Assembly (NCBI GenBank): GCA_937858275.1
Contig: CALLZK010000024.1
Span: 1,567-65,566 of the forward strand
DNA length: 64,000 nucleotides
From: an uncultured bacterium
GTDB taxonomy: Bacteria > Patescibacteriota > Minisyncoccia > Phycocordibacterales > JAACPR01
Direction: 5' to 3'
Shown here: piece after piece, positions 45,480 through 55,953 of the stretch
Position numbering within the stretch: the first letter of the stretch is position 1
Layout: every line of letters begins with the position of its first letter
Made by a program: the position numbers and the translations under genes
Notes under the pieces: generated by a model
Told to the model about the DNA's origin: nothing
Databases searched by the model: none
Seen by the model: only the letters and a program-made list of their open reading frames with translations

Positions 45480-46577
45480 CTACACCTTAAACTCAATTAC
45501 ATCACCATCTTTAACAATGTATTCTTTACCCTCAGTTCTAAGTAGCCCGCTTTCTCTTGCCTTGGCATATGAACCAACAGATAAAAGATCTTGCCAAAAA
45601 ATTATATCGGCCCTGATAAATTTTTCTTGAAAATCGGTATGAATTGCTTTTCCGGCAATCGGAGCTGTGGAATCTTTTTTTGTAGTCCATGCACGAGTTT
45701 CTTTTTGTCCAGTTGTAAAATAAGTTATAAGATCAAGAGTTTTGTAACTTTGTTTGATTAATTCATCAATTCCATATTCAGTAGAATTTCCTTGTCTAAA
45801 TTCTTTTTTTTCTGAATCTGAAAAATCTTTTATTTCTGATTCAAAATTTGCATCAACTATCACATAATTTGATTTTGAATTCTCAAAAAAATTTATGAGA
45901 TTTGTGAATCGCTCGTCATTTATTTCGTCCAAATTTTTTCCGCCGTTTTTTTTATTTAAAACATATAAAATTGGTTTTATGGATAACAAATGCAAACCAT
46001 TTAGAATTTTTTCTTCATCTTCTGAATAATCAATAGAATTTGCCATTTTTCCTTGCTCCAGAATTTTATCGACTTTTTCCAAAATTTCTTTTTCCAAAAC
46101 TGCTTCTTTTTTGCCACTTTTTGCATCTCTTGCAACTGAACCAAGTCTTTTTGTGACAGTTTCCCTATCTGCCAAAATTAATTCTAGATTTATAACTTCT
46201 ATATCTGAGAGCGGATTTATTTTTCCATGAACATGAATAACATTGTCATCTTCAAAAATTCTAACAACCTCAGCAATTGCATCAACCTCTCTGATGTGTG
46301 ATAAAAATTTGTTTCCCAAACCTTCTCCTGCAGAAGCTCCTTTGACCAAACCAGCTATATCTGTAAATTCCACAACCGCAGGAATTGTTTTTTCAGATTT
46401 TGACATTTCGGATAATTTCCAAAGTCTTTCATCCGGAACAGGAACTATTCCAACAGAAGGATCTATTGTGCAAAAAGGATAATTTTCGGCAGAAACAGAT
46501 TTTTTTGTTAAAGCATTAAAAAGTGTTGATTTTCCAACATTTGGTAATCCAACTATTCCGATGGTTAGTTTTGACAT
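45480..46577 (-). CDS. ychF: ribosome-binding ATPase YchF (Obg family)
   Basis: 'IGIVGLPNVGKSTLFNALT' and a C-terminal TGS domain. Confidence 0.9.
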   Translation of the reverse strand: MSKLTIGIVGLPNVGKSTLFNALTKKSVSAENYPFCTIDPSVGIVPVPDERLWKLSEMSKSEKTIPAVVEFTDIAGLVKGASAGEGLGNKFLSHIREVDAIAEVVRIFEDDNVIHVHGKINPLSDIEVINLELILADRETVTKRLGSVARDAKSGKKEAVLEKEILEKVDKILEQGKMANSIDYSEDEEKILNGLHLLSIKPILYVLNKKNGGKNLDEINDERFTNLINFFENSKSNYVIVDANFESEIKDFSDSEKKEFRQGNSTEYGIDELIKQSYKTLDLITYFTTGQKETRAWTTKKDSTAPIAGKAIHTDFQEKFIRADIIFWQDLLSVGSYAKARESGLLRTEGKEYIVKDGDVIEFKV

Positions 46578-46656
46578 GAGTTTTATAATGCCTCTTTTTT
46601 AAAAAAAATTCAAGTTTTGCAAGATTAATTATGGTTTTTAGAATCAAAAAAAATAA

Positions 46657-47961
46657 CTACACCTCCAAATTCATCCACATCCAAGTAAAAATAGCAGTTA
46701 GTATTAAAACCAAAAAAGTTAGTCCTCCATACACCAGATGTGTATAAGCAAAAATCATTCTGCGACTATCAAAATTGCCAGTTTTGATTATTTTCCAAAA
46801 ACTCATTTTATTTTCGTCAATTTTTATTTGTTTTCTAAAAGAAAATAAATTGGTATTTTTTGTGATTCCAATCATTGCAAGACCAACTGCTCCCATAAAT
46901 AATTTTAGATTTATTTCATTTTCAAATAATTTACTTTTTACAATAAAAGAAAGTGGATTTATTTGCTGAATTTTTATGGCAAGTTTTTGCTCTATATAAG
47001 ATTCAAGCCCAACCATCATTGAACTGCCGCCAGATAAATATATTGCATCTACGGTTTCGCCAGAGTTTTTTTCATAATAATTTATACTATTCCTAACTTC
47101 TTCTAATAAATTATCAACTATTTTTGTAATAGAATTTTTGTAAGCACCTTGAGCAGATTCTCCAATACCAAATTTTATTTTCATTTCTTCTGCCTCTAAT
47201 TTTGTAATTTTTAAATCATTTGAAATAGCATCTGTAAAAGAATCTCCGGCAATAGAGACTGTTGTTGATAATTTCAATAAACTATTTCCTTCAAAAATAG
47301 TAATGTTGCTTTTTTCACCACCAATATCTAGCACAACATGAGTATCTTTATCAATTGGAGGCAAAAAAACTTTTCCCATACACATACACACCAAAGAAAA
47401 TTCTACGACCTCAAGACCTAGTCGATGACACACCTCAACATAATCATTCAAAACACCTTGTTGAATCCCGATAAATGTCACATATTGAAGTTGTTTTTTG
47501 GGAATATTATAAGTTGTATAATCCCAATAAATTTGTTTGAAATCAAGTGGAACATGTTTTTTTGCCTCTTCCAAAATTTTTAGTCTGATTTCTGAATCTG
47601 AAAGAGATTTGTCCATGGCAGTTCCCCAAGTAAAAACCTGTGCTTCTGGTAAAGACAAAATAACTCTATTAGTTGAAGTTTTTCTGGGTTTTGCATTTTG
47701 AAGTAAAATTTTTATTTTTTGTTCCAAAATTTCTTTATTTAAAATTTTTCCCCTTTCAACAACTCCGTTTTCTAATAAAACTCGAGACCAAGATCTTGGT
47801 GCATGAGAAAAAAATGCATTAAATTCTAACAACTCTATTGAAGTATCAGAAATATCCATACCAAAAGCAGTGTCAATTCTTTTTCTAAAAAAAGTGTTGA
47901 ATGGATTTTTAAAATTTGGTTGTAAATTCTGTTGTTTTTGTGGTTGTATTTTTGATTCCAT
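46657..47961 (-). CDS. pilM: type IV pilus assembly protein PilM fused to a PilN-like C-terminal TM segment
   Basis: Actin-like 'VVLDIGGEKSNITIF'. C-terminal TM 'LVYGGLTFLVLILTAIFTWMWM'. Confidence 0.7.
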   Translation of the reverse strand: MESKIQPQKQQNLQPNFKNPFNTFFRKRIDTAFGMDISDTSIELLEFNAFFSHAPRSWSRVLLENGVVERGKILNKEILEQKIKILLQNAKPRKTSTNRVILSLPEAQVFTWGTAMDKSLSDSEIRLKILEEAKKHVPLDFKQIYWDYTTYNIPKKQLQYVTFIGIQQGVLNDYVEVCHRLGLEVVEFSLVCMCMGKVFLPPIDKDTHVVLDIGGEKSNITIFEGNSLLKLSTTVSIAGDSFTDAISNDLKITKLEAEEMKIKFGIGESAQGAYKNSITKIVDNLLEEVRNSINYYEKNSGETVDAIYLSGGSSMMVGLESYIEQKLAIKIQQINPLSFIVKSKLFENEINLKLFMGAVGLAMIGITKNTNLFSFRKQIKIDENKMSFWKIIKTGNFDSRRMIFAYTHLVYGGLTFLVLILTAIFTWMWMNLEV

Positions 47962-47995
47962 TTTTTTATTATAACAAATTTTTAATTAAAACAAA

Positions 47996-48430
47996 TTAAA
48001 AGTTAGCGAAATTGTTCCAACTTTCAATAACAACTTGTGGTGTGGTTGTGGAAACGACAACTTCTATTTTGGCAGTAAAGTTTTGATCACCAAATGAGCT
48101 TTCTCCACGAATAGTTTTTGTTGGATAATTTCCCGAAATAGAATAATTACACTCTTCATCAGTCTGAAATGTTAAATCTATACCAGAAACGGTGTCGTCT
48201 GAAACTGTTGTTGTTGGATCATTTACTAATTCCATCAGGGCATGTTCTATACATGTATTTGCCAAATATTTTGCAATTTTTGATTGTTCATTTGCGGAAG
48301 AAACTTGAGCATCATCAATAACCTGTAATGCCAAACTAGAAACAACAAAAAGTAATATTGCATTAACTAATAAAATTGCAGTTAATGCCACAAAACCATC
48401 TTTTTTTATTTTATAAGATTTTAATTTCAT
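47996..48430 (-). CDS. pilin-like or minor pseudopilin with degenerate prepilin motif
   Basis: 'KKDGFVALTAILLVNAILLF' is a class-III-like signal with no Glu at +5. Lies in the pilus locus. Confidence 0.45.
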   Translation of the reverse strand: MKLKSYKIKKDGFVALTAILLVNAILLFVVSSLALQVIDDAQVSSANEQSKIAKYLANTCIEHALMELVNDPTTTVSDDTVSGIDLTFQTDEECNYSISGNYPTKTIRGESSFGDQNFTAKIEVVVSTTTPQVVIESWNNFANF

Positions 48431-48433
48431 GTT

Positions 48434-51400
48434 TTATCTTCTAATATTAACTGTTGTCTTGAAATATTGTCTTGGGCCATTCTGATCTCTATTTGGTCCA
48501 ACATATTGTAACACTAATTCTATTTGAATTAATCCGGATTGTCCTTCTGCTGTTAAGTTTTTAAAATTAACCGCCAAAACATTTACAGTATTTGAAGTTA
48601 ATCTAACTTCCTGATCACTTCCTATTTTTTTATACAAAACACCATTTTTAACATAAAAAATAGTTTGAATATCATCTTTTTTCAGGGTAAGAGTTGAAAC
48701 ACCAGATTGACCGATAATAGTAGAGCCGAAAATTGATGCGGAATTTTGATTTGAACCAGAAAATTTTATTTCTATATCATTATTTGCAATTTCTATACTG
48801 CTTGTGCTATTTATAATAAATTTTATGGATTGTCCGGCAAACATTATACTTTGTTGATCTCCTGTATTTATTGAATAAAAAGGATATAAACAAAAACGAT
48901 TGTTACTACCAAATTCTACACCAGGGTTGCTTGTTATTTTTATAATATTGCTATTGTCTTCAAAAGAAGAGCTGTTTCCAAAATCAAAAATATCTTGTGT
49001 CGGCATTTCTATTGGACAAGAATTTGAGCCGGACATTTGATAATGTCTCAATAAAACATTTGAAATATATTCTTTTGATAATGATCCTGTGTATTCCAAA
49101 GATATTGAATTTAGGGTTGTGGTAGCAGTTTCTAATAATAAACTAAATGCTCCACCAAGTGGTTGATTTGTTATTACATCGCTTTCTAATTGTATGTTTC
49201 TTATTTGTGAGCCGTGAGCCGAAATCAATATTTGTTGTGGTGCCAAAGATGTTAAAGTCCAATTAGTATTATTTGTGGAATCTGTACTATTTGAAGCATT
49301 AACTGCGATATCGCTTATGTTATTAGAATCTTTCACATCTACATATTGAATTTCTCTATTTCCTTTTGGATCTATATTCCACTGAGTGCCACCAACTGTC
49401 GATCTTAATTTTAAAAGAGAATTTTCTTGACCTTTTATTGTCAAATTATTATTTATGGTTGTAGTTTGTTCTGCAACAAAAAATGCTGTATTACTATCAT
49501 TTCCCTCAATAGTTAAATTACCGTAAGTCCAGTCTGATTTTATGTTAAAATTAACATCCTGATTGCCGGTATATTTTATCGTACTATCAAATTCAATTGT
49601 TGGGTTATGAGAAAGTGTTTCATTTCCTGTCAAAATAAGAGTTGCATTATTTTGAATTGTAAAAGAATTGTTTGTAGTTAAATTATAACCATTTAGATTA
49701 AAAGTGGATCCGCTTGTAATGATTATATTATTAATAACCGCATTAGAATTTAATTTTAACCCCTCTTCGTTTGTATTTGAAATTGTGACTGTGCCAGTAG
49801 TAAGTGCGGTTGAATTTGCATGATTCAAATTTTGAACATTACTACCAGAAAAAATATAATTTGTATTACTTGCTATAGAAATAGTATATGTAATATTACC
49901 CTTTAGATTTATTGTTCCAGAATTTGGTACAGCATTAATTATATTCAAATTTCCATTAACAATTAAAGTGTCGTCTGTCGCAATGGTAAGATAATTATTA
50001 GTGGCATTTTTATTTATAGAAACATTATTAAATTCCAAATTTGAATTTACATCAATGGTTGTAAAACTTCCACCAAAAATTACTGTGCCCCCACTATGAT
50101 TAAATGTTCCACCAGTAGTATTGATGAAGTTTCCATTAAATTGAGTTGTTCCAGTTGAAGCATTGAATATTCCTGTTCCAGAAAGATTAAATGCTCCGGT
50201 GATAGTGACTGTTCCAGAACCACCGTTGAAAGTGCCGCCTGATTGGGTGAAAGTGCCGGTAACATTTAAATTGTTTGAGTTAATAATAAAACTATTAAAA
50301 GATTGAAGATTCAGACTACTTATTGTGGTGTTAGCACTACTTGATATTGAAACATGAGGATTATTGATTATTAGATTTGGTAGACCGCCGCCGTTTAAAT
50401 TGACAGTTTTTGGGTTGGTTGTTCCATCATTAATTATATTAAGATTTGTACTACCAGCCCAAGAATTTTCCCCGGACGATAGATTACCCTTCAAATTTAC
50501 CGTACCAGCACTAAAACCACCCTGATTAATAATCAGATTTCCGTTTATAATAAGTGTGTCTCCTGTTGATATTGTAACTAACTGATTGCTAGCACCCTTG
50601 TTTATTGTAATATTATTAAATTCCAAATTTGAATTTACATCAATGGTTGTAAAACTTCCACCAAAAATTACTGTGCCCCCACTATGATTAAATGTTCCAC
50701 CAGTAGTATTGATGAAGTTTCCATTAAATTGAGTTGTTCCAGTTGAAGCATTGAATATTCCTGTTCCAGAAAGATTAAATGCTCCGGTGATAGTGACTGT
50801 TCCAGAACCACCGTTGAAAGTGCCGCCTGATTGGGTGAAAGTGCCGGTAGTAGTTAAATTGCCGGAACCCACATCAAAAGACCCATTAAAAGCCTGAAGA
50901 TTTAAACTTTGAAATCTATTATTTCCCGAATAAACAATAGAAATGTTTGAATTATTTATTATAATATTTGATAAATTTGCATTATTAATAGTAATAGTTT
51001 TTGAATTTACCGTTCCGTCAGAAATTAAAGATATATTTGCAGTTCCACTAGCATCAACAGAAGAAAAATTTGCATTACCAAAGATATTTATATTTGCACC
51101 AGATATTGTACCGCTCAAATGAGTAAATGTATTTAAAACATTAAGTGTGTCACCGGTAGCAATAGTTAGAACAGTGGCGGGTGTTCGGTTTACTGTTAAA
51201 TTATTAAATGTTAAAGATGAATTTACATCTATTGTTCTATGGGCCCCAGCCAAAACAACGGTTCCATTATTGTGATTGAATGTTCCACCGGTAGTATTGG
51301 TAAAATTATTATTAAATTGAATATTGCCGACAGAATTTGGAGCATTAAATATTCCAGTACCAGATAAAGTAAATACTCCAGTAATTAAAATATTTCCAGA

Positions 51401-51799
51401 ACCACCGTTGAAAGTGCCACCTGATTGGGTAAAATGTGTTGAGGTGGTTAAAGAGTGTGTATTAACATTCAACGTTCCAGCAGACATGTTTATTTGCTGA
51501 ACAGACCAATTAGCAGTCAAATTGGCAGTGTTTGTACAACTAGAAGTAAAATAAGCAATATCTAATGTGTTTGGCACACTAGCACCACCACCAACTCCGC
51601 AGGAATTTGCAGTAGTAGACCAATTGGCAGAATCCGTTACACTTCCACCCTCTGTACCAACCCAATATCTATCTGCGGCAAAAACACTATTAGTAGAAAT
51701 AAAAAAACTAAAAAACACAGTTATTAATACGAAAAAAAATAAAACAAAATTTATTTTTATTTTTTTATCTTTTTTTATGTTTTTAATAAATTCTTGCAT
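48434..51799 (-). CDS. large secreted beta-helix-type repeat protein (putative pilus-associated adhesin)
   Basis: Signal peptide, then 'DRYWVGTEGGSVTDSANWSTT..PNTLDIAYFT', then three about 196-aa repeats 'TQSGGTFNGGSG.VTITGAFNLSGTGIFNA...'. Lies between the minor pilin genes. Confidence 0.7.
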   Translation of the reverse strand: MQEFIKNIKKDKKIKINFVLFFFVLITVFFSFFISTNSVFAADRYWVGTEGGSVTDSANWSTTANSCGVGGGASVPNTLDIAYFTSSCTNTANLTANWSVQQINMSAGTLNVNTHSLTTSTHFTQSGGTFNGGSGNILITGVFTLSGTGIFNAPNSVGNIQFNNNFTNTTGGTFNHNNGTVVLAGAHRTIDVNSSLTFNNLTVNRTPATVLTIATGDTLNVLNTFTHLSGTISGANINIFGNANFSSVDASGTANISLISDGTVNSKTITINNANLSNIIINNSNISIVYSGNNRFQSLNLQAFNGSFDVGSGNLTTTGTFTQSGGTFNGGSGTVTITGAFNLSGTGIFNASTGTTQFNGNFINTTGGTFNHSGGTVIFGGSFTTIDVNSNLEFNNITINKGASNQLVTISTGDTLIINGNLIINQGGFSAGTVNLKGNLSSGENSWAGSTNLNIINDGTTNPKTVNLNGGGLPNLIINNPHVSISSSANTTISSLNLQSFNSFIINSNNLNVTGTFTQSGGTFNGGSGTVTITGAFNLSGTGIFNASTGTTQFNGNFINTTGGTFNHSGGTVIFGGSFTTIDVNSNLEFNNVSINKNATNNYLTIATDDTLIVNGNLNIINAVPNSGTINLKGNITYTISIASNTNYIFSGSNVQNLNHANSTALTTGTVTISNTNEEGLKLNSNAVINNIIITSGSTFNLNGYNLTTNNSFTIQNNATLILTGNETLSHNPTIEFDSTIKYTGNQDVNFNIKSDWTYGNLTIEGNDSNTAFFVAEQTTTINNNLTIKGQENSLLKLRSTVGGTQWNIDPKGNREIQYVDVKDSNNISDIAVNASNSTDSTNNTNWTLTSLAPQQILISAHGSQIRNIQLESDVITNQPLGGAFSLLLETATTTLNSISLEYTGSLSKEYISNVLLRHYQMSGSNSCPIEMPTQDIFDFGNSSSFEDNSNIIKITSNPGVEFGSNNRFCLYPFYSINTGDQQSIMFAGQSIKFIINSTSSIEIANNDIEIKFSGSNQNSASIFGSTIIGQSGVSTLTLKKDDIQTIFYVKNGVLYKKIGSDQEVRLTSNTVNVLAVNFKNLTAEGQSGLIQIELVLQYVGPNRDQNGPRQYFKTTVNIRR
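50024..50849. repeat. intragenic tandem duplication: 238 bp 100% identical at 50024-50261 and 50612-50849 (period 588 bp = 196 codons), with a third diverged copy about 51230-51440
   Basis: Direct comparison of the two stretches. In-frame repeat inside the giant gene. Confidence 0.85.
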
Positions 51800-51819
51800 T
51801 TTTTTTTATTTTTTTATGT

Positions 51820-52077
51820 CTAATCATCAAAAGAACCAGCACCAACAAATTCATCGGCATCCAAAATAGCATCAACAATTGCATTCATGGCATTTTGTCC
51901 GCTTCTGTTCAGTTCCTGATGAGCTTTTATTCTTTCTCTACCAGAAAAAATATTTATGGATATTTGAACAATTATAGCCAACATTACAAGTGTAATTGCA
52001 AAATAAATTATAAATTCCAAAATAGTAAGTCCTGAATTTTGTTTAATTTTATTTTTTTTATTTTGTAGTAAAAACAT
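51820..52077 (-). CDS. type IV pilin-like protein (pseudopilin, 85 aa)
   Basis: 'NSGLTILEFIIYFAITLVMLAI' has a G/LTILE prepilin motif after a 16-aa leader. Confidence 0.65.
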   Translation of the reverse strand: MFLLQNKKNKIKQNSGLTILEFIIYFAITLVMLAIIVQISINIFSGRERIKAHQELNRSGQNAMNAIVDAILDADEFVGAGSFDD

Positions 52078-52099
52078 TTTATTATTTTAACATAAATTT

Positions 52100-52603
52100 T
52101 TATGGTTCAGGTTCTGGTGTCGGTTCTTCTTGAACCATTTTCCAATTAGATAAATATGTTGTCAAAATAGTTTCTCCATTTTGTCCAACCCTCTTTGGCC
52201 AAGTAACTTTACTCTGAATTTGTTTTATATCACCAATCCCGGAAATAGAAATTGTTCTGGTGAAAGTTTTACTATCCGATATTTGAATATTTTTGTGTTG
52301 TTCATTGTTGCTCAAAACCCACTGAGAATTCAACTCATCAAAGTAAATGCCGTAATCATTAACATCACTCAGAGATGCAAAATCTATATCTCTAATTGAT
52401 TTGACTGCTTCAAGCCCCTCTTCGGCAAGCAAAACTGCCTGATTTAGATTATAAGAATTTTCTGAGGTATCCAATATATCAATCATAAAAATTGCTACCC
52501 CCATCATACCAATTGTAAAAAAAGCAATTGCAAATAAAACTTCCAAAACTCCAAATCCACGATTTGTGATTTTGTATTTTTTTGTAAATTGAATACTTTT
52601 CAT
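52100..52603 (-). CDS. type IV pilin-like protein (pseudopilin)
   Basis: 'NRGFGVLEVLFAIAFFTIG' has Glu at +5. Confidence 0.65.
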   Translation of the reverse strand: MKSIQFTKKYKITNRGFGVLEVLFAIAFFTIGMMGVAIFMIDILDTSENSYNLNQAVLLAEEGLEAVKSIRDIDFASLSDVNDYGIYFDELNSQWVLSNNEQHKNIQISDSKTFTRTISISGIGDIKQIQSKVTWPKRVGQNGETILTTYLSNWKMVQEEPTPEPEP

Positions 52604-52609
52604 TTTAAT

Positions 52610-53116
52610 TTATGGTTGTTGTACAATATCATCAACACAATTATTACCAAATTCTACCAAGCCAGAATTTTCACAAATAGAAATTTGTTCAGAAACATTT
52701 CCTTTTGATAAAGTAATAATTCCTGTCCAATTTGGAAATCCTGTTGCATTTTCAAAATAAATAGAATTATTATTGGGTGTAGGTGGCAAAAATTCCACAC
52801 TCAATCCATACAAATTAAAAATTTCATTTACTGAATCGTTTGGGTTATAAGAATCACCTCTAAAAAGTACAAAAAAATCTTCACTGTTGGGATTAAAAAT
52901 AACACCATAGCCACTATCTCCTCGACGAGTTAAAGCAAATGCTTGAGCTTTTTTTAAAGTTGAAAAAACTTCATCGGCAGTACTTTTTGTAATTTGTGAA
53001 TTATAAAATTCAATTGTGGCAGGAATAGTTAGTCTAGCAATCAAAACCATCAAAAGAACAGCAATCATTATTTCTAATAAAGTAAATCCTTTATTTTTTT
53101 TGATAATTTTGATCAT
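52610..53116 (-). CDS. type IV pilin-like protein (pseudopilin)
   Basis: 'KGFTLLEIMIAVLLMVLIA' is a canonical prepilin N-terminus. Confidence 0.7.
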   Translation of the reverse strand: MIKIIKKNKGFTLLEIMIAVLLMVLIARLTIPATIEFYNSQITKSTADEVFSTLKKAQAFALTRRGDSGYGVIFNPNSEDFFVLFRGDSYNPNDSVNEIFNLYGLSVEFLPPTPNNNSIYFENATGFPNWTGIITLSKGNVSEQISICENSGLVEFGNNCVDDIVQQP

Positions 53117-53134
53117 TTTTTTAAAAAAACTAAA

Positions 53135-54202
53135 CTATCTTAGACTGCCAGACAAAGAATAGATTGGCAGAATAATTGATAGAGCAATTAATCCCACGAT
53201 AAGACCAATTGAAACAAGTAATATCGGCTCAATAACTGTAGGTAAATTTTTTGTTCTAGTGTTGATATCCCTTCCATAAAAAACTGCTAAATTTTCAAAA
53301 GAACCTTCTATTGTACCAGTTTTTTCACCAACCATAATTATGCTTCTAAAATTATGTGGATATAAATTTTCAAATGTTGAAATTGATTCAGACAAACTAA
53401 CTCCTTGAATAAGTTTTTCTTTTATAATCAAAAAAGAATCTTGATATGGAATATTTTTACTTTCCATACTAGCAATATCAAAAGATTCATTTATTGTTAG
53501 ACCAGACTTCAGAAGTATATGCATTAATTGTGAGTATAAGGCCAATTCATATGCTCGAACCAGTGGGCCGACAAAAGGTGTTCTCAAATAAATTTTTTGC
53601 AAAATTCTTCTTGTTGGAATCCATCTTGAAATTAAAACCATAAAAACAATAAATAATAAAACTCCCAAAGCAATCATTTTTGTATTATCTCGAAAAAAAG
53701 TTGCGGTATTTAAGACAATTCTTGTTACCAATGGTAATTGGATTTTCATACCTGTAAATATTGGAATAAGTTTTGGTAAAATAAATATTGAAAGTCCAAA
53801 ACCAAGCAAAATTGCTGCTGAAAGTACAATTTTTGGATATAAAGTTACAGATTTTATATCTCTTTTTAATTGTAAATTTCTTTCCATCCAATCAGCCAAA
53901 AACAAAAGATTATTTACCAAACTACCGCTAACCTCACCAGCTTTGACCATGCTAATAAAAACACTTTTTAATCTAACAGAGCTTTTTTGTAATGTAATTG
54001 AAAGAGGATTTCCTTTTTCAAGATCAATTATAACTTCATCCAAAAGTTTTTTCATCGCAGCAGATCTTGCCTCTTCTCTTAACATTCTAACAGATTCATT
54101 TATTGTAATACCGCTTTTCAATAATACTGCCAAATCACGAGCCAAATCAATTTGTTCTTGTGGTTTTATTTCTACTTGAAAAGCTAAAAAATTTGATGAC
54201 AT
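53135..54202 (-). CDS. pilC: type IV pilus platform protein PilC (GspF family)
   Basis: Two T2SS_F repeats and 3 TM segments. Confidence 0.85.
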   Translation of the reverse strand: MSSNFLAFQVEIKPQEQIDLARDLAVLLKSGITINESVRMLREEARSAAMKKLLDEVIIDLEKGNPLSITLQKSSVRLKSVFISMVKAGEVSGSLVNNLLFLADWMERNLQLKRDIKSVTLYPKIVLSAAILLGFGLSIFILPKLIPIFTGMKIQLPLVTRIVLNTATFFRDNTKMIALGVLLFIVFMVLISRWIPTRRILQKIYLRTPFVGPLVRAYELALYSQLMHILLKSGLTINESFDIASMESKNIPYQDSFLIIKEKLIQGVSLSESISTFENLYPHNFRSIIMVGEKTGTIEGSFENLAVFYGRDINTRTKNLPTVIEPILLVSIGLIVGLIALSIILPIYSLSGSLR

Positions 54203-54206
54203 AATT

Positions 54207-55883
54207 TTATGCTATTGGATTTAATAATTCTTCTAATGTCGTTGTTCCAGAAATCAAATGATACAATTCCCAATATTCCAAAGTCTTCATTCCTTGCAAA
54301 ATAGCAAATTTTTTGATGTTTTGTGATATTTCACCTGCTACAACCATCTTTCTAATTTCATCATTCATTTCCAAGACTTCAAAAATACCAGTTCGCCCAA
54401 GAAAACCTGTATTGCCACACATTGCACATCCAGCACCACTATAAAAATGAATATTATTGGGGTCTATCATTTTATCCTTAAATTCATTTTTCAAAACAGA
54501 TTCCAAATTTGGATTTGCTTTTATAAAAGCTGTTTCAGATTCTGTTGCATTTCTTGAAACTTTACAATACGGACAAACTTTTCTAACTAATCTTTGTGAA
54601 ATAATTACAGAAACCGATGTTGCAATAAGAGTTTTTTCCACATTTAATTCTGAAAGTCTAGAAAAAACGGTTGCAGTATCATTTGAGTGAAGTGTTGTAA
54701 AAAGAACATGGCCTGTAAGTGCGGCATTTATAGCAATAGAAGCAGTTTCATCATCTCTAATTTCTCCAACCATGATCATATCCGGATCTTGACGAACAAT
54801 AGATCTAAGTCCGTTTGCAAAATTTAAATTCTTTTTTTCGTTTACTTGAATCTGTTGAATTCCTTCCATGGCATATTCCACAGGATCTTCTATCGTGACA
54901 ACATTTAATTTTTTCTTATCAACCAATTGCAATATGGCATAAAGAGTTGTGGTTTTTCCAGAACCAGTAGCACCAGTTGATATAATCATTCCATTTGGAC
55001 GAGAAACTATTTTTTTTATTTTTTCTAAATCTTCTGGCATCAAACCAAGTTCTTCAAGTGTTAGTCTACGAGATTTTTCTGATAAAATTCTCATAACAAT
55101 ATTTTCACCGTTTGTGACTGGTAAAATAGAAACTCTAATATCGAATTTTTCTTTTCCGACTGAATGAGAAAATCTACCGTCTTGAGTCATTCCATGTTCG
55201 TCTGTTTTTAGATGAGATTTTATTTTTATAAGAAAAACTATTTTTGGATGAAGTTCTAAAGGATATGTTGCCACCCTTCTTAAAAGCCCATCAACACGAA
55301 CCCTTATTCCAACATCAGAAACGGATGGTTCAATATGTATGTCAGATGCTTTATTTTCATAAGCATATGAAACTACCCTATTTACCATTTTTACAATTAT
55401 TTCATCGTTTGCAGTTTTTTTAAAATCTTCCACAAAGTCCCTGAAGTCTTGTGGTAAATTGTTTTTGTAAAATAAAAGAAATTTTTCAATAGAGGTTGGA
55501 GTGGCATAATACATTTGTGATTTTTTGCCAACTATTTTTTCTAGATTTTTGGCAAGTTCATAATTTGTTGGATTTGTGGTAGCAATTTTGAATGTTGTTT
55601 CGTCTTCTGAAAAAATAAGTGCTTGTTGAGAAATTGCCACCGATTCTGGCATATAAGACAAGTAATTGTCTTGAATACTTTCGTGATTTAAATCCACAAA
55701 AGGAAAACCGAGATGTTTTGCGATTATTTGTCCAAGTTCTATTTCTGAAATAATTTTTTCTTTTACCAAAACCTTTTCAATAGAAACCTTTTCTTTATCA
55801 GCAATAGATTGTGCATTTTCAAAATCAACCAAAGAAACTGTTTGGCTATCTAATAAAACTTTTTTTAGCTCTTCTGTTGGCAT
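54207..55883 (-). CDS. pilB: type IV pilus assembly ATPase PilB (GspE family)
   Basis: Walker A 'STGATGSGKTTTLYA', 'IMVGEIRD', and a tetracysteine motif 'CPYCK..CAMCGNTG'. Confidence 0.9.
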   Translation of the reverse strand: MPTEELKKVLLDSQTVSLVDFENAQSIADKEKVSIEKVLVKEKIISEIELGQIIAKHLGFPFVDLNHESIQDNYLSYMPESVAISQQALIFSEDETTFKIATTNPTNYELAKNLEKIVGKKSQMYYATPTSIEKFLLFYKNNLPQDFRDFVEDFKKTANDEIIVKMVNRVVSYAYENKASDIHIEPSVSDVGIRVRVDGLLRRVATYPLELHPKIVFLIKIKSHLKTDEHGMTQDGRFSHSVGKEKFDIRVSILPVTNGENIVMRILSEKSRRLTLEELGLMPEDLEKIKKIVSRPNGMIISTGATGSGKTTTLYAILQLVDKKKLNVVTIEDPVEYAMEGIQQIQVNEKKNLNFANGLRSIVRQDPDMIMVGEIRDDETASIAINAALTGHVLFTTLHSNDTATVFSRLSELNVEKTLIATSVSVIISQRLVRKVCPYCKVSRNATESETAFIKANPNLESVLKNEFKDKMIDPNNIHFYSGAGCAMCGNTGFLGRTGIFEVLEMNDEIRKMVVAGEISQNIKKFAILQGMKTLEYWELYHLISGTTTLEELLNPIA

Positions 55884-55953
55884 TTTGAAATGTACTTTTT
55901 TTAAAAATAAATAATTTAAATCAAACTAAAACAGGCAAGGCAGAAGATTTTGA

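Noticed and set aside
50080-50265. 61-aa ORF inside the giant repeat gene and similar short antisense or alternative-frame ORFs (for example 526-771, 2981-3256, 26299-26694, 27007-27405, 60283-60783)
   Set aside because: They lie wholly inside well-supported genes on the opposite strand or in another frame. They are low-complexity translations with no start signals.
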